NCBI GenBank assembly: GCA_903909605.1 | Contig: CAIVWH010000031.1 | Location: 3,704-67,703 of the forward strand | DNA length: 64,000 bases | Direction of reading: 5' to 3' | Origin: an uncultured Micrococcales bacterium | GTDB lineage: Bacteria > Actinomycetota > Actinomycetes > Actinomycetales > Microbacteriaceae | Shown here: positions 19,660 to 29,971 of the stretch, piece by piece | How positions within the stretch are numbered: the stretch's first letter is position 1 | How the letters are laid out: each line of letters opens with the position of its first letter | The notes under the pieces: model-generated | Seen by the model: the letters and a program-made list of their open reading frames with translations, nothing else | The model's database searches: none | Told to the model about the DNA's origin: nothing | Translations under genes and position numbers: made by a program

Positions 19660-19710
19660 CCACTAACCTTAAACCGAAAGCCCCCAACGACGCCTTTTAG
19701 GAGATTCGTC

Positions 19711-20736
19711 ATGCCAGTTGCAACCCCAGACCAGTACCTCGAGATGCTCGACCGCGCAAAGAACAACGGCTTTGCCTACCCGGCAATCAACGTTTCTTCG
19801 TCGCAGACCCTGAACGCAGCGCTCGCTGGCTTGCAGGAAGCAGGCTCGGATGGAATCATCCAGGTGACCACCGGTGGCGGCGACTACTGGTCGGGCCCAA
19901 CCGTGAAGAACATGGCATCGGGTGCTGCGGCGATGGCCGCGTTTGCTCGCGAGGTTGCCAAGAACTACGGCATCACTGTTGCTCTGCACACCGACCACTG
20001 CGCAAAAGACCAGCTCGACAAGTTGGTGCGCCCACTTATTGCAATTTCGCAGGAGCGCGTAAAGCGCGGCGAAGACCCGCTATTCAACTCGCACATGTGG
20101 GATGGCTCGGCGGTTCCGATGGCAGAGAACCTGCAGATCGCGCAGGAGATGCTCAAGCTCACCAACGGCATCGGTGCAGTTCTTGAGATCGAAGTCGGCG
20201 TTGTCGGCGGCGAAGAAGACGGCGTCGAGGGCGGCCACGGTGAGCACCTCTACACCACTCCAGCAGACGGGCTTGCAACCGCGGAGGCACTTGGCCTTGG
20301 CGAGAACGGCCGCTACATGGTTGCCCTCACCTTCGGCAACGTTCACGGCGTCTACAAGCCGGGCAACGTTGTGCTCAAGCCTGAACTGCTTGGAGAGATC
20401 CAGTCGGCTGTCGGAGCCAAGTATGGCAAGCACAAGCCATTCGACCTTGTGTTCCACGGCGGCTCGGGCTCGACCCCTCAAGAGATTGCCGAGGCTGTCA
20501 GCCACGGTGTCATCAAGATGAACATCGACACCGACCTGCAGTATGCGTTCACCCGCCCAATCGCGGCACACATGTTCACCAACTACGACGGCGTGCTCAA
20601 GGTCGACGGCGAAGTTGGCAACAAGAAGGCATACGACCCACGCGCCTGGGGCAAGGTCGGCGAGGCCGGCATGTCTGCTCGCGTTGTCGAGGCTGCTACC
20701 GAGCTGGGCTCGGCCGGCAAGTCGCTATCGCTCTAA
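19711..20736 (+). CDS. fbaA: class II fructose-bisphosphate aldolase
   Basis: MPVATPDQYLEMLDRAKNNGFAYPAINV N-terminus, HTDHC, and the FHGGSGS motif. Confidence 0.92.
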   Translation: MPVATPDQYLEMLDRAKNNGFAYPAINVSSSQTLNAALAGLQEAGSDGIIQVTTGGGDYWSGPTVKNMASGAAAMAAFAREVAKNYGITVALHTDHCAKDQLDKLVRPLIAISQERVKRGEDPLFNSHMWDGSAVPMAENLQIAQEMLKLTNGIGAVLEIEVGVVGGEEDGVEGGHGEHLYTTPADGLATAEALGLGENGRYMVALTFGNVHGVYKPGNVVLKPELLGEIQSAVGAKYGKHKPFDLVFHGGSGSTPQEIAEAVSHGVIKMNIDTDLQYAFTRPIAAHMFTNYDGVLKVDGEVGNKKAYDPRAWGKVGEAGMSARVVEAATELGSAGKSLSL

Positions 20737-20749
20737 TCCGGGGCCAGCA

Positions 20750-20890
20750 ATGCCAGAGCGCTCAGAGTTCTATCGCAAAGATGGCTCGCTTATGCGCTCA
20801 GGCAGTTTCGATCAGGATCGCCAAGTTGGCATTTGGAAAACCTTCGCCCGCGATGGTCGACTGGTGAAAGAAACAGATTTTGGCGCTTAG
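20750..20890 (+). CDS. small MORN-variant repeat protein (YwqK-like), tentative
   Basis: 46-aa ORF from ATG 20750. [15 protein letters not shown] ... [19 protein letters not shown] fits the MORN/YwqK repeat pattern. Confidence 0.4.
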   Translation: MPERSEFYRKDGSLMRSGSFDQDRQVGIWKTFARDGRLVKETDFGA

Positions 20891-21906
20891 CGCTGCTTCT
20901 TGTTTTCGGTGTTTTCGCCCGAGGCCTTGAGGTCTTTGCGAAGTTCCTTCGGCAGCGAGAACTGAACGTCTTCTTCTGCTGTCTGCAAGGTGCGCACATC
21001 GCCGAAGCCACGGCGGGCTAGGTCGGCAAGCACTTCGTCGACGAGCTCCTCTGGCACCGAGGCACCCGACGAGACACCAACGGTGGCAACTCCGTCGAAC
21101 CAGTCATCCTGGATTTCAGAAGCGAAGTCGACTCGGTATGACTGCTTGGCACCGGCGAGCTTAGCCACCTCGACAAGACGAACGGTGTTCGACGAGTTGG
21201 CAGAACCAACCACGATCACCAAGTCGCTCGAGGCACCAACCTTCTTGATTGCAACCTGGCGGTTCTGCGTGGCGTAACAAATGTCATCGCTCGGCGGGTT
21301 TTGAATGGTCGGATACTTCTCGCGTAACTTGAGCACGGTGGTCATTGTCTCGTCGACAGAAAGAGTGGTCTGCGAAAGCCAAACGACTTTCTCGGGGTCT
21401 TTGATCTTGGTCGATGCGATGGATTCGTCTTGGTCGACAATCTGCACGACATCCGGAGCCTCGCCAGCCGTGCCCTCAACTTCTTCGTGCCCCTCGTGGC
21501 CAACCAAGAAGATGTCGTAACCCTCTTTGGCGAAACGCTGAACCTCGCGGTGCACCTTGGTGACCAACGGGCAGGTGGCATCGATGGTCTGCAGGTTGCG
21601 AGCCTCTGCGGCTGCCACAACGGCCGGGCTCACGCCATGTGCCGAAAACACCAGGATGCTGCCTTCCGGCACCTCATCGACCTCGTCGACGAAAATCGCC
21701 CCGCGGCGTTCCAGGGTGCTGACCACGTGCTTGTTGTGCACAATCTGCTTGCGCACGTAAATCGGCGCTCCGTAGTGGTCGAGGGCCTTTTCGACCGCAA
21801 TCACGGCTCGGTCGACGCCTGCGCAATAACCGCGCGGAGACGCCAACAGTACTTTCTTGCCCGAGTTTTCGGGCAAATGGGTCGGGGTATCCTTGAGAAC
21901 GGTCAC
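20887..21906 (-). CDS. ispH: 4-hydroxy-3-methylbut-2-enyl diphosphate reductase
   Basis: [21 protein letters not shown] and [12 protein letters not shown] motifs are present (three Fe-S Cys contexts). Confidence 0.92.
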   Translation of the reverse strand: MTVLKDTPTHLPENSGKKVLLASPRGYCAGVDRAVIAVEKALDHYGAPIYVRKQIVHNKHVVSTLERRGAIFVDEVDEVPEGSILVFSAHGVSPAVVAAAEARNLQTIDATCPLVTKVHREVQRFAKEGYDIFLVGHEGHEEVEGTAGEAPDVVQIVDQDESIASTKIKDPEKVVWLSQTTLSVDETMTTVLKLREKYPTIQNPPSDDICYATQNRQVAIKKVGASSDLVIVVGSANSSNTVRLVEVAKLAGAKQSYRVDFASEIQDDWFDGVATVGVSSGASVPEELVDEVLADLARRGFGDVRTLQTAEEDVQFSLPKELRKDLKASGENTENKKQR

Positions 21907-21919
21907 GCCTCAAGTCTAA

Positions 21920-23167
21920 ATGTCGGGGCGACGAGACAGGCTAGAGGTTATGGAAGACAGTCGAGACGAGATTCTGGTCAACAAGACCAATTCGTCTGAC
22001 AATCCTTGGCCCGTATCACAGCTCGCACTCAGCCTCATCGACTTCATCAAGCGCCTGGGCACAGTCTGGGTCGAGGGCCAGTTGGCCAAAATCAGCCGCC
22101 AGGGCACCAACACCTTCGCCGAACTTCGCGACCTTCAAGAAGACATGACCATCGCCATTCACCGCTTTGGCGGCGCATTGCCAGCCGGCCTCGAAAACGG
22201 CGATCGCGTTGCAGTATTGATCAAGCCGGAGTACTGGAAAAAGAGCGGGCGCATCTCGCACGTGATCTATGAGATTCGCAAAGTCGGCATGGGTGAATTG
22301 CTCGAGCGCATTCAGCGCCTGCGCGAACAACTCACTGCCGAGGGGCTCACCTCGCCCGAACGCCAGAAGCCGCTGCCTTTCCTGCCGAACTGCATCGGCC
22401 TAATTACTAGCCGCGACTCGGATGCCGAAAAAGATGTTTTGCAAAATGCAAAGTTGCGCTGGCCCGAAGTTCAGTTCAAAACGATTTACACCAAGGTGTC
22501 GAGCGACGCCGCCGCGCCTGAAATCATCCGTGCGATTCAAACCCTGGATGCAGACCCCGAGGTCGACGTCATCATCGTCGCGCGCGGTGGCGGCGCATTT
22601 GGCGACCTGCTCGTGTTCAGCGACGAGGCGCTAGTGCGCGCTGCAGCCGCGGCAACTACCCCGATTGTTTCTGCGATCGGCCACGAAAACGATAGGCCCG
22701 TGCTCGACGATGTTGCCGACCTGCGTGCCTCCACCCCGACCGATGCCGCTAAGCGCGTTGTGCCAGACGTGGTTCAGGAACGCAAAGACATCGACACCCT
22801 GCTTAAGCGTGGCTTCATGCGCCTGACTACCTTTGTCGAGAACCAGACCACCATGCTCGCGGGGCTGCGCACTCGCCCGGTGCTGGCAAACCCATACACG
22901 TTCATCGAGATGCACGAGGTCGAGGTCGCTGACCTGATTGGCTCGGCGCGCGACTGGCTGGGCAACCTCCTCGAGCGCGAGATCAAAGATGTCGAGCACT
23001 CCCGCCGAATGGCCGTCTCGCTCAGCCCTCAGTCGACCCTAGATCGAGGCTATTCCGTGGTTCGCACCGAGGCCGGCGAGGTGCTGCGCGATGCCAGCAA
23101 GATCAAGGCCGGCACCAAGTTGCGCCTGCGACTGGCCAAGGGCGAGACCACGGCGACGGCCGACTAG
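21920..23167 (+). CDS. xseA: exodeoxyribonuclease VII large subunit
   Basis: OB-fold N-terminus (VWVEGQL ... ISHVIYEI) and the core ARGGGAFGDLLVFSDE. Confidence 0.9.
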   Translation: MSGRRDRLEVMEDSRDEILVNKTNSSDNPWPVSQLALSLIDFIKRLGTVWVEGQLAKISRQGTNTFAELRDLQEDMTIAIHRFGGALPAGLENGDRVAVLIKPEYWKKSGRISHVIYEIRKVGMGELLERIQRLREQLTAEGLTSPERQKPLPFLPNCIGLITSRDSDAEKDVLQNAKLRWPEVQFKTIYTKVSSDAAAPEIIRAIQTLDADPEVDVIIVARGGGAFGDLLVFSDEALVRAAAAATTPIVSAIGHENDRPVLDDVADLRASTPTDAAKRVVPDVVQERKDIDTLLKRGFMRLTTFVENQTTMLAGLRTRPVLANPYTFIEMHEVEVADLIGSARDWLGNLLEREIKDVEHSRRMAVSLSPQSTLDRGYSVVRTEAGEVLRDASKIKAGTKLRLRLAKGETTATAD

Positions 23168-23218
23168 CGGCACGAACATCCGAGTTTTGAAAACAGAAGC
23201 GAAAGTAGGCTGGAGATT

Positions 23219-23437
23219 ATGAGCGAAAAGAAACTGGCAGAGGTTTCGACCTTGAGCTACGAACAGGCGCGAGATGAACTGCACACAGTTGTGACGGCTC
23301 TCGAATCGGGTAACACTTCGCTCGATGAGTCGATGGCTATGTGGGAGCGCGCGGAAGCCCTCGCCGACCACTGCGAAAAGCAGCTTGCCGGTGCGCGCAA
23401 GAAGCTCGACGACGTCATCGCCAAGAAGGCGAAGTAG
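23219..23437 (+). CDS. xseB: exodeoxyribonuclease VII small subunit
   Basis: 72 aa; LSYEQARDELHTVVTALESGNTSLDESMAMWERAEALADHCEKQL is the XseB pattern. Directly follows xseA. Confidence 0.9.
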   Translation: MSEKKLAEVSTLSYEQARDELHTVVTALESGNTSLDESMAMWERAEALADHCEKQLAGARKKLDDVIAKKAK

Positions 23438-24043
23438 TTGTCAGACGCTCCTCAAGATGCAGCTGCCAAGCGCCGCGCGCGTCAAACCGTAATCAATTTG
23501 GTTCTGGCCCTGGCGGCAACTCTCGGCATCGTGTTGGTAATTGTCGCCGCAGTTCCACGCGACAACAAATCTCTGCTTCAACCCGTTGACTACAAGTCGG
23601 TGGTCGCCGACATCAAGCAATCAACTGGCATAGACGTTCCAGCGCCGGCAAATCTGCCCAAGGGTTGGTGGGTCAATGCGGCTCGGTTCAACGATCAGCC
23701 AAGCGACGGCGTCAAGACCTGGCACATTGGTTTCGTTGGCCCGAATAACCAATACGTTGGTTTCGATGAAGGCTTTGCCGCCAACCAGACCTGGCTGGTG
23801 CAACAAACCAAGGATTACCTAGCCAACAACGATGGACATCCGATTGGCCGTGAGCTGGGTCTGCAGAGTTTCACCGGTCAAACCGCGGCCACCCAGGGCC
23901 AGATCATCTGGGTCTACACCCAAGTTGCTATGGCAAACGAAGTCGCCAACGGTTCGTCAACCAACTTCATCATCGTCAATTCCACAGCCAGCAAGGCCGA
24001 GGTGGCCCAGTTCGCAAACCTTCTCGGTTTCGGGTTCAATTAA
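23438..24043 (+). CDS. DUF4245 domain membrane-anchored protein
   Basis: TTG start abutting the xseB stop; N-terminal basic stretch plus a TM. The position after xseB is typical for DUF4245 in Actinobacteria (recalled). Confidence 0.65.
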   Translation: MSDAPQDAAAKRRARQTVINLVLALAATLGIVLVIVAAVPRDNKSLLQPVDYKSVVADIKQSTGIDVPAPANLPKGWWVNAARFNDQPSDGVKTWHIGFVGPNNQYVGFDEGFAANQTWLVQQTKDYLANNDGHPIGRELGLQSFTGQTAATQGQIIWVYTQVAMANEVANGSSTNFIIVNSTASKAEVAQFANLLGFGFN

Positions 24044-24059
24044 CCCCAGAGAGGTCGAC

Positions 24060-24686
24060 ATGACAATTTCCCGCCCAAACACGCCCCAGGCCGCCTGGGA
24101 TGCCATGGTCGAGGGCAACCGGCGCTTTGTCAGCGGGTCGCTTGCCCACCCGCGACAGGACATCGACCGCCGCGAGGCACTTGCCGCAGCACAAACCCCA
24201 TTCGCGGCTCTTTTCGGCTGTGCAGACAGTCGCCTGAGTGCTGAAATCATCTTCGACGTTGGGCTCGGAGACCTTTTTGTAATTCGCAACGCAGGGCAGG
24301 TCATCGCGGAGACAATCCTGGGCTCACTCGAGTATTCGGTCGAAGTTCTCAAGGTTCCGCTCATCCTGGTTTTGGGTCACGACGAGTGCGGTGCCATTCG
24401 CGCCACCATCGACTCGACCGAGGGCAAGCTAACCGCGCAGGGTGAATTCATCAAGAACATCGTCAGCCGCATCGAGCCAACCGTTCGCGAGGCGAACAAA
24501 CGTGGTCTTCGCGCGATTGACGACATCACCGTGCTGCACATCGAGGAAACCATCAACGAAATCATCACTCGAAGCGAAATCATCGCGGATGCCGTCAGCA
24601 ACGGACGTCTCGGCATCGTCGGCGCAAACTACAAACTCATCGAGGGTGAAATCCACCCCATTTTCCTGGTCGGCGACCTGAAGTAA
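24060..24686 (+). CDS. beta-class carbonic anhydrase
   Basis: CADSRLSAE and [10 protein letters not shown] zinc-ligand motifs. GAGAGG RBS before ATG 24060 (the track ORF starts earlier at 23832). Confidence 0.85.
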   Translation: MTISRPNTPQAAWDAMVEGNRRFVSGSLAHPRQDIDRREALAAAQTPFAALFGCADSRLSAEIIFDVGLGDLFVIRNAGQVIAETILGSLEYSVEVLKVPLILVLGHDECGAIRATIDSTEGKLTAQGEFIKNIVSRIEPTVREANKRGLRAIDDITVLHIEETINEIITRSEIIADAVSNGRLGIVGANYKLIEGEIHPIFLVGDLK

Positions 24687-24712
24687 TCGTCAAAACGCAA
24701 CGAAAGGCAATT

Positions 24713-26101
24713 GTGGAATTCCGCATCGAACACGACACCATGGGCGAAGTTAAAGTGCCAAAGGACGCCCTCTACAGTGCACAGACCCAGCGCGCTGTCG
24801 AGAACTTTCCGATTTCAGGCACCACGCTAGAGCGCGCGCACATCGCCGCACTCGCGCAGATCAAGAAGTCGGCCGCTCAGGCAAACGCAAAACTCGGAGT
24901 GCTGGATGCCAAGGTCGCCGAGTCGATTGCCGTTAGTGCCGACGCTGTCATCACTGGCAAGCACGACGGAGAATTCCCGGTCGACATCTTCCAGACCGGT
25001 TCAGGAACCTCATCAAACATGAACATGAATGAGGTGCTCGCCAACCTGGCATCCAAGCACCTCGGCTCGGCCGTTCACCCGAACGACCACGTCAACGCCT
25101 CGCAGTCGTCAAACGACGTGTTCCCCACCTCGATTCACGTTGCCGTCACCTCTGCCCTGATTCACGACCTGCTGCCTGCCCTAGACCACCTGGCCAAGAG
25201 CCTCGAGGTCAAGGCCGAGGCCTGGAAGACCGTGGTCAAGGCCGGCCGCACCCACCTGATGGATGCCACCCCGGTCACCCTCGGCCAGGAGTTTGGTGGC
25301 TACGCAGCCCAGATTCGCTATGCCATTGAGCGCGTTGAGGCATCGATTGCTCGCGTTGCCGAGGTTCCGCTTGGCGGCACCGCAGTTGGCACCGGCATCA
25401 ACACCCCGACCGGCTTCCCGCAGGAGGTCATCCGCCTGCTTGCAGCCGAGACCAAGCTGCCGATCACCGAGGCCCGCAACCACTTTGAGGCACAGGGTGC
25501 GCGCGATGGTCTGGTCGAGGCGATGGGTGCACTTCGCGTGCTCGCCGTTTCGCTCACCAAAATCAACAACGACCTGCGCTGGATGGGCTCTGGGCCGAAT
25601 GCGGGTATCGCCGAGATCCACATCCCAGACCTGCAGCCTGGTTCGTCGATCATGCCTGGCAAGGTAAACCCGGTTATTCCTGAGGCCGTGATGATGGTCT
25701 GCGCTCGCGTAATCGGCAACGATGCAACTGTTGCCTGGGCCGGCGCAACCGGAAACTTCGAGCTCAATGTGGCAATTCCTGTGATGGGCAATGCGCTTCT
25801 CGAGTCAATCCGGTTGCTTGCCAACTCGATGCGCCTACTTGCAGACAAGACCATCGATGGTCTCGAAGCAAATGTCGAGCGCGCTCGCGCACTCGCCGAG
25901 TCGAGCCCCTCCATCGTGACCCCGCTGAACAAGTACATCGGATACGAGGCCGCTGCCAAGATCGCCAAGCACTCTGTTGCCAAGGGCCTCACGGTTCGAG
26001 AGGCAACCATCGAGCTCGGCTATGTGGATGGCGAAAAGCTAACCATGGAGCAGCTCGACAAGGCGCTCGACGTTTTCAGAATGACAGCGCCAGGGCTATA
26101 A
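24713..26101 (+). CDS. fumC: class II fumarate hydratase
   Basis: [16 protein letters not shown] signature and [15 protein letters not shown] are present; 462 aa. Confidence 0.95.
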   Translation: MEFRIEHDTMGEVKVPKDALYSAQTQRAVENFPISGTTLERAHIAALAQIKKSAAQANAKLGVLDAKVAESIAVSADAVITGKHDGEFPVDIFQTGSGTSSNMNMNEVLANLASKHLGSAVHPNDHVNASQSSNDVFPTSIHVAVTSALIHDLLPALDHLAKSLEVKAEAWKTVVKAGRTHLMDATPVTLGQEFGGYAAQIRYAIERVEASIARVAEVPLGGTAVGTGINTPTGFPQEVIRLLAAETKLPITEARNHFEAQGARDGLVEAMGALRVLAVSLTKINNDLRWMGSGPNAGIAEIHIPDLQPGSSIMPGKVNPVIPEAVMMVCARVIGNDATVAWAGATGNFELNVAIPVMGNALLESIRLLANSMRLLADKTIDGLEANVERARALAESSPSIVTPLNKYIGYEAAAKIAKHSVAKGLTVREATIELGYVDGEKLTMEQLDKALDVFRMTAPGL

Positions 26102-26552
26102 CAAAACCGACCAATAAGTATGGGCCGAGAGCAATGCTCCGGCCCATACTCATTTTTCTTTTGGCAAAAAGAAACAACACAACTGCAGTGGCTAGACCGA
26201 AACTTATGGTCAACCAAATCAGGGGTTGCAAAGGGCTGAACCAAGCCAGGCAAAGGGTTATTCCGGTGATCAACTTCACGTCGCCCATGCCCAGAACGCC
26301 GGTTCGATTCACCGCGAGGCCGACGAAAAGCGCCAGGATGGCGCCTCCGAGTGCAGTGCCAAAATGAGACCACTGACCCGACCAAACGGCAGCCAGAGTC
26401 TGACCAACCAGCGCAACGGGAAAGACGGGAAGGGTCAGCCGGTTTGGCAACCTATGCACCCGAATGTCGGTTCTGGCCAGCGGCCACGCCACAGCCAGCA
26501 AATACCCCACCGGCAGGTAAGGAAGCAGTGCGGCGAGGATTTGGGGCGTCAT
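26076..26552 (-). CDS. A24-family prepilin peptidase (short CpaA/TadV type)
   Basis: Polytopic membrane protein with the catalytic-Asp context GMGDVKL. Start is taken at ATG 26552. The 3' end overlaps the fumC 3' end by 26 nt. Confidence 0.65.
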   Translation of the reverse strand: MTPQILAALLPYLPVGYLLAVAWPLARTDIRVHRLPNRLTLPVFPVALVGQTLAAVWSGQWSHFGTALGGAILALFVGLAVNRTGVLGMGDVKLITGITLCLAWFSPLQPLIWLTISFGLATAVVLFLFAKRKMSMGRSIALGPYLLVGFVIALALSF

Positions 26553-26692
26553 GCCCCTCAGTCTGCGCTTGTCGGAGGAACGGTGTTCGAGTTTTGCACA
26601 GCCAGTGTTGGCGGAATTGGCAAGACTTTGAGAGCGCGAGCGAAGCAATCTGAATTGCCAAACCGTCAAAACTGGCTGTTCCGGGTGGCTTG

Positions 26693-27199
26693 TTAAACCG
26701 TTCCTACGACGGTAGCCCCAGGCTTCACGTTCTTGGTAACAATGGCCCCAGCGCCAATCCGCGCACCATCACCAACCGTGATGTTGCCAAGCACGATGCA
26801 GTGCGCCCCAAGAATCACGTTGTTGCCGATGGTTGGGTGGCGCTTTGTGCCTCGCTCGAGAGTCTTTCCGCCGAGGGTCACGCCGTGATACATCAGCACG
26901 TCGTCGCCAATCACGGCAGTTGCACCAATCACAACACCCATGCCGTGATCGATGAACATGCGCCGACCGATGGTTGCACCCGGGTGAATTTCGATGCCGG
27001 TCCAGAAACGCACCCACTGTGCGATTACGCGACCAAGGATGCGCATCCGCAGCTTTGAATAAACAAACTTGGCGACGCGGTGCCCCCAAACAGCGTGGAG
27101 ACCAGCAGAGGTTACGAACATTTCGAAACGACTGGAGGTCGCCGGGTCTCGTTTGATAGCGCTGTCGAGGTCTTCGATTACGCGTTTCAAAATAGACAA
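26693..27199 (-). CDS. cysE: serine O-acetyltransferase
   Basis: Left-handed beta-helix hexapeptide repeats ([31 protein letters not shown]) in a short-form CysE. Directly downstream of cysK. Confidence 0.85.
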   Translation of the reverse strand: MSILKRVIEDLDSAIKRDPATSSRFEMFVTSAGLHAVWGHRVAKFVYSKLRMRILGRVIAQWVRFWTGIEIHPGATIGRRMFIDHGMGVVIGATAVIGDDVLMYHGVTLGGKTLERGTKRHPTIGNNVILGAHCIVLGNITVGDGARIGAGAIVTKNVKPGATVVGTV

Positions 27200-27205
27200 A
27201 GGTTC

Positions 27206-28144
27206 CTACTGATCTAAGAGGTCCTGATACAAAACGGTTGAGAGATAACGCTCACCGAACGAAGCAAGGATAACAACGATTGTCTTGCCCGCGAACTCTG
27301 GTCGGTTTGCAACTTGGATGGCTGCCCAGGTCGCTGCACCGGCCGAGATGCCGCCGAGAATTCCGTCGTCGGTTGCGAGCTTGCGCGCGTACTTGAGGGC
27401 ATCTTCGTTCGAAACGTCGATGACCTCGTCATAGATATTGCGGTCGAGCACGTCAGGAACAAAGTTTGCGCCGATTCCCTGGATCGGGTGTGGGCCGGGA
27501 GCCCCGCCGTTGAGAATCGGTGAGGCGGCTGGCTCGACGCCAAAGATCTTGATGTCTGGGTTTTTCTCACGAAGCAGCTGGCCTACGCCGGTAATCGTGC
27601 CACCCGTGCCGATGCCGGCTACGAAGGCATCGATGTTGCCGTCGGTGTCGCGCCAGATCTCTTCACCCGTGGTGCGCTTGTGAATCGCCGGGCCAGCAAG
27701 GTTTTCGAACTGACGAACCAAAACGTGACCTGGCTTCTTGCCAAGCTCTTCTGCGTGGGCGACAGCGCCCTTCATGCCCTCTGGGGCAGGTGTGAGAACA
27801 AGTTCGGCTCCATAAGCACGGATGAGCGCACGGCGCTCTTTTGAGACCGACTCAGGCATTGTGATGACCACGCGGTAGCCGCGGGCTGCGCCGACCATGG
27901 CAAGGGCGATGCCGGTGTTGCCCGAGGTTGCCTCGACGATGGTTCCGCCAGGCTGAAGGGCCCCGGCGTCTTCTGCCGCATCGACCATGGCGATGCCGAG
28001 GCGGTCTTTCACGCTGCTTGAAGGGTTATAGAACTCGAGTTTCGCAAGAATTCGGGCACCTGCTCCGTCGGTTACTCGGTTTAGTTGAACCAGCGGGGTG
28101 TTGCCAAAGGCTTCGGTAATTGAGTTATAAATGCGTGCAGTCAT
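27206..28144 (-). CDS. cysK: cysteine synthase A (O-acetylserine sulfhydrylase)
   Basis: PLP-lysine context (NPSSSVKDR), [10 protein letters not shown], and the [10 protein letters not shown] loop. Confidence 0.92.
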   Translation of the reverse strand: MTARIYNSITEAFGNTPLVQLNRVTDGAGARILAKLEFYNPSSSVKDRLGIAMVDAAEDAGALQPGGTIVEATSGNTGIALAMVGAARGYRVVITMPESVSKERRALIRAYGAELVLTPAPEGMKGAVAHAEELGKKPGHVLVRQFENLAGPAIHKRTTGEEIWRDTDGNIDAFVAGIGTGGTITGVGQLLREKNPDIKIFGVEPAASPILNGGAPGPHPIQGIGANFVPDVLDRNIYDEVIDVSNEDALKYARKLATDDGILGGISAGAATWAAIQVANRPEFAGKTIVVILASFGERYLSTVLYQDLLDQ

Positions 28145-28211
28145 GGGTCAATTTTAAGCGCCAAGCTTGAGCCTGTCTAACCGCTGCAAGCGCAATGACC
28201 CTTTGTTACAA

Positions 28212-29867
28212 CTAGTGATTGAGTGTCAACGCGACGAACTGACTTACTTTTCCGGCCTTAGAGCCTGAAACAACATTCGACATGGACATGAGTGATTTAT
28301 TCAGTGATGCTGCATAAGCACAAACAGCCTTGGCACGCTTCAGATCAAGTGAAAGCAGCGCGTTCGACTTGGCCAAGCCGGTCGTGCTGCCTGTGCAAGT
28401 CAGCTTCAGATAATCAGGTTTCGAGCCAATGAATTTCGCCACTGCCTTTTTCTGTGCAGAGTTAAGTGCGACTTTACCGGTCGCAAAACCTGGCACCATC
28501 AGTTTCAAACTCGGATAGGAAACTGTAGGCGCCTTCACATAGTTGATTACCTTTGACAGCGTTGTGCTTCCTTTCGTGTTCACAAGAGTCAGGTCAACCA
28601 GGCCAACCGAGGTCGCACTTGCCGGAACCGTGAAGCTAAGCGAAGTGTCGTTCGCTGCCGTGAATTTGGCGGCCACCCCGTTGAGGGCAACCGCGACCAC
28701 GCCAGACAAGTTGCTACCGCTAACCGTGATGACTTCACCACCGGCGTTCGTTACCTGATGGTTCGAGATTTCAGTAATCGTTGGCTTGCCACCCTGATCG
28801 CCAGGCGTAACAGGAGCTGGGGCCGACGCTGACACGACAGCCACGCTGCTACCGAGAGTGAACATCGCGTCTGACCATGGGCTATTTGCATGGATGAAAG
28901 GGGTTAGGTATTTTCCCAAAAACGCTGAGCTCACGGTCAAGGTGTCACCAGAGGCATTGGCGATTTGGTCACAATTCGGTTGTGACTGCGATGAGGCCAC
29001 CGGCGCGATACAGCTGAACCAGAGCAGGTCAGTGTGAGCAACGGTTCCTGATTTGACTGGCACAAATTTCAAGGTTGAGCCGACCTGCATGCTTCCACTC
29101 AGGTAGCCAGACAGCGCAATCTGTTGAGCGACTCTAAATGGAGGAACATTGGTTGGCGTATCGCTCGAGTTTGAGGTGAAAGCTTGAACTGCGATTTGTG
29201 ACTCAAGTGAGCCATATGTAAGTCCCGAGACAGAACACGATGTGGCTGCGCCTTGGCATGCCCAAATGCCCGAGTGCCAGACCACATAAGAAGTGGCTCG
29301 AGGCACCGGATCCCAGGTCAGGTCAGCACCATCGTCACGTGGAGTGACCTGGACATTTTGCACTTGGCCTAGCGTCGATGAGGACGGGCTTGGGGTTGGC
29401 GTTGGTGTCGCTGTGGGTGACGCGGTAGGAGCTGGAACCGAAACCGTGAAGGTGGCATCTATCCCGCCTTCAATAAGGAAGGTGCCGATAAAAGCCGAGC
29501 TGTATGCACATTGGACTCGGAATCCGAGAGTGAAGGTTCCAGTGTGGTCGAAGACAACCGTACCTATGTGATACCCGGTGGTTCCAAAACTTTGATCGAC
29601 GAACGAATACCCTCCGGCGCCGCCTAGGTCAACGACACTTAGGCCTGATAAATCCGAGGCACCCAGGTTCGAGTCACAAAATGAAGAGTTGTCGAGGTCG
29701 ACCGAAACATTGGTGCCGGCAGTGAGGATTTGCGCGGAGGGGCAATCTCCAAGCGAGGGATTACAAGCCGTTGAAAAAGTCACATCGGCTCGCGCAGGGG
29801 CGCTAACCAAAAGAGATGAGAAGACCAGGGCCACCAGTGAAACCAGTGCTAGAAGACGCTTTGTCAT
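28212..29867 (-). CDS. secreted multidomain surface protein (signal peptide, Pro/Thr linker, Fn3-like and IPT/TIG-like modules)
   Basis: Signal peptide MTKRLLALVSLVALVFSSLLVSAPARA and PTASPTATPTPTPSPSS linker. An IPT-like segment is present (PTITEISNHQVTNAGGEVITVSGSNLSG ... LSFTVPASA). Domain names are inferred. Confidence 0.7.
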   Translation of the reverse strand: MTKRLLALVSLVALVFSSLLVSAPARADVTFSTACNPSLGDCPSAQILTAGTNVSVDLDNSSFCDSNLGASDLSGLSVVDLGGAGGYSFVDQSFGTTGYHIGTVVFDHTGTFTLGFRVQCAYSSAFIGTFLIEGGIDATFTVSVPAPTASPTATPTPTPSPSSSTLGQVQNVQVTPRDDGADLTWDPVPRATSYVVWHSGIWACQGAATSCSVSGLTYGSLESQIAVQAFTSNSSDTPTNVPPFRVAQQIALSGYLSGSMQVGSTLKFVPVKSGTVAHTDLLWFSCIAPVASSQSQPNCDQIANASGDTLTVSSAFLGKYLTPFIHANSPWSDAMFTLGSSVAVVSASAPAPVTPGDQGGKPTITEISNHQVTNAGGEVITVSGSNLSGVVAVALNGVAAKFTAANDTSLSFTVPASATSVGLVDLTLVNTKGSTTLSKVINYVKAPTVSYPSLKLMVPGFATGKVALNSAQKKAVAKFIGSKPDYLKLTCTGSTTGLAKSNALLSLDLKRAKAVCAYAASLNKSLMSMSNVVSGSKAGKVSQFVALTLNH

Positions 29868-29971
29868 GTCTCTGAGGCTATCAGTTGGGCCAGGCCGACA
29901 ACGGAGAACTTCCTACGCTTCCACTCAAAGCCCTTCTGCGACTAAAGATCAGAAAATATCTACAGCCGAGG

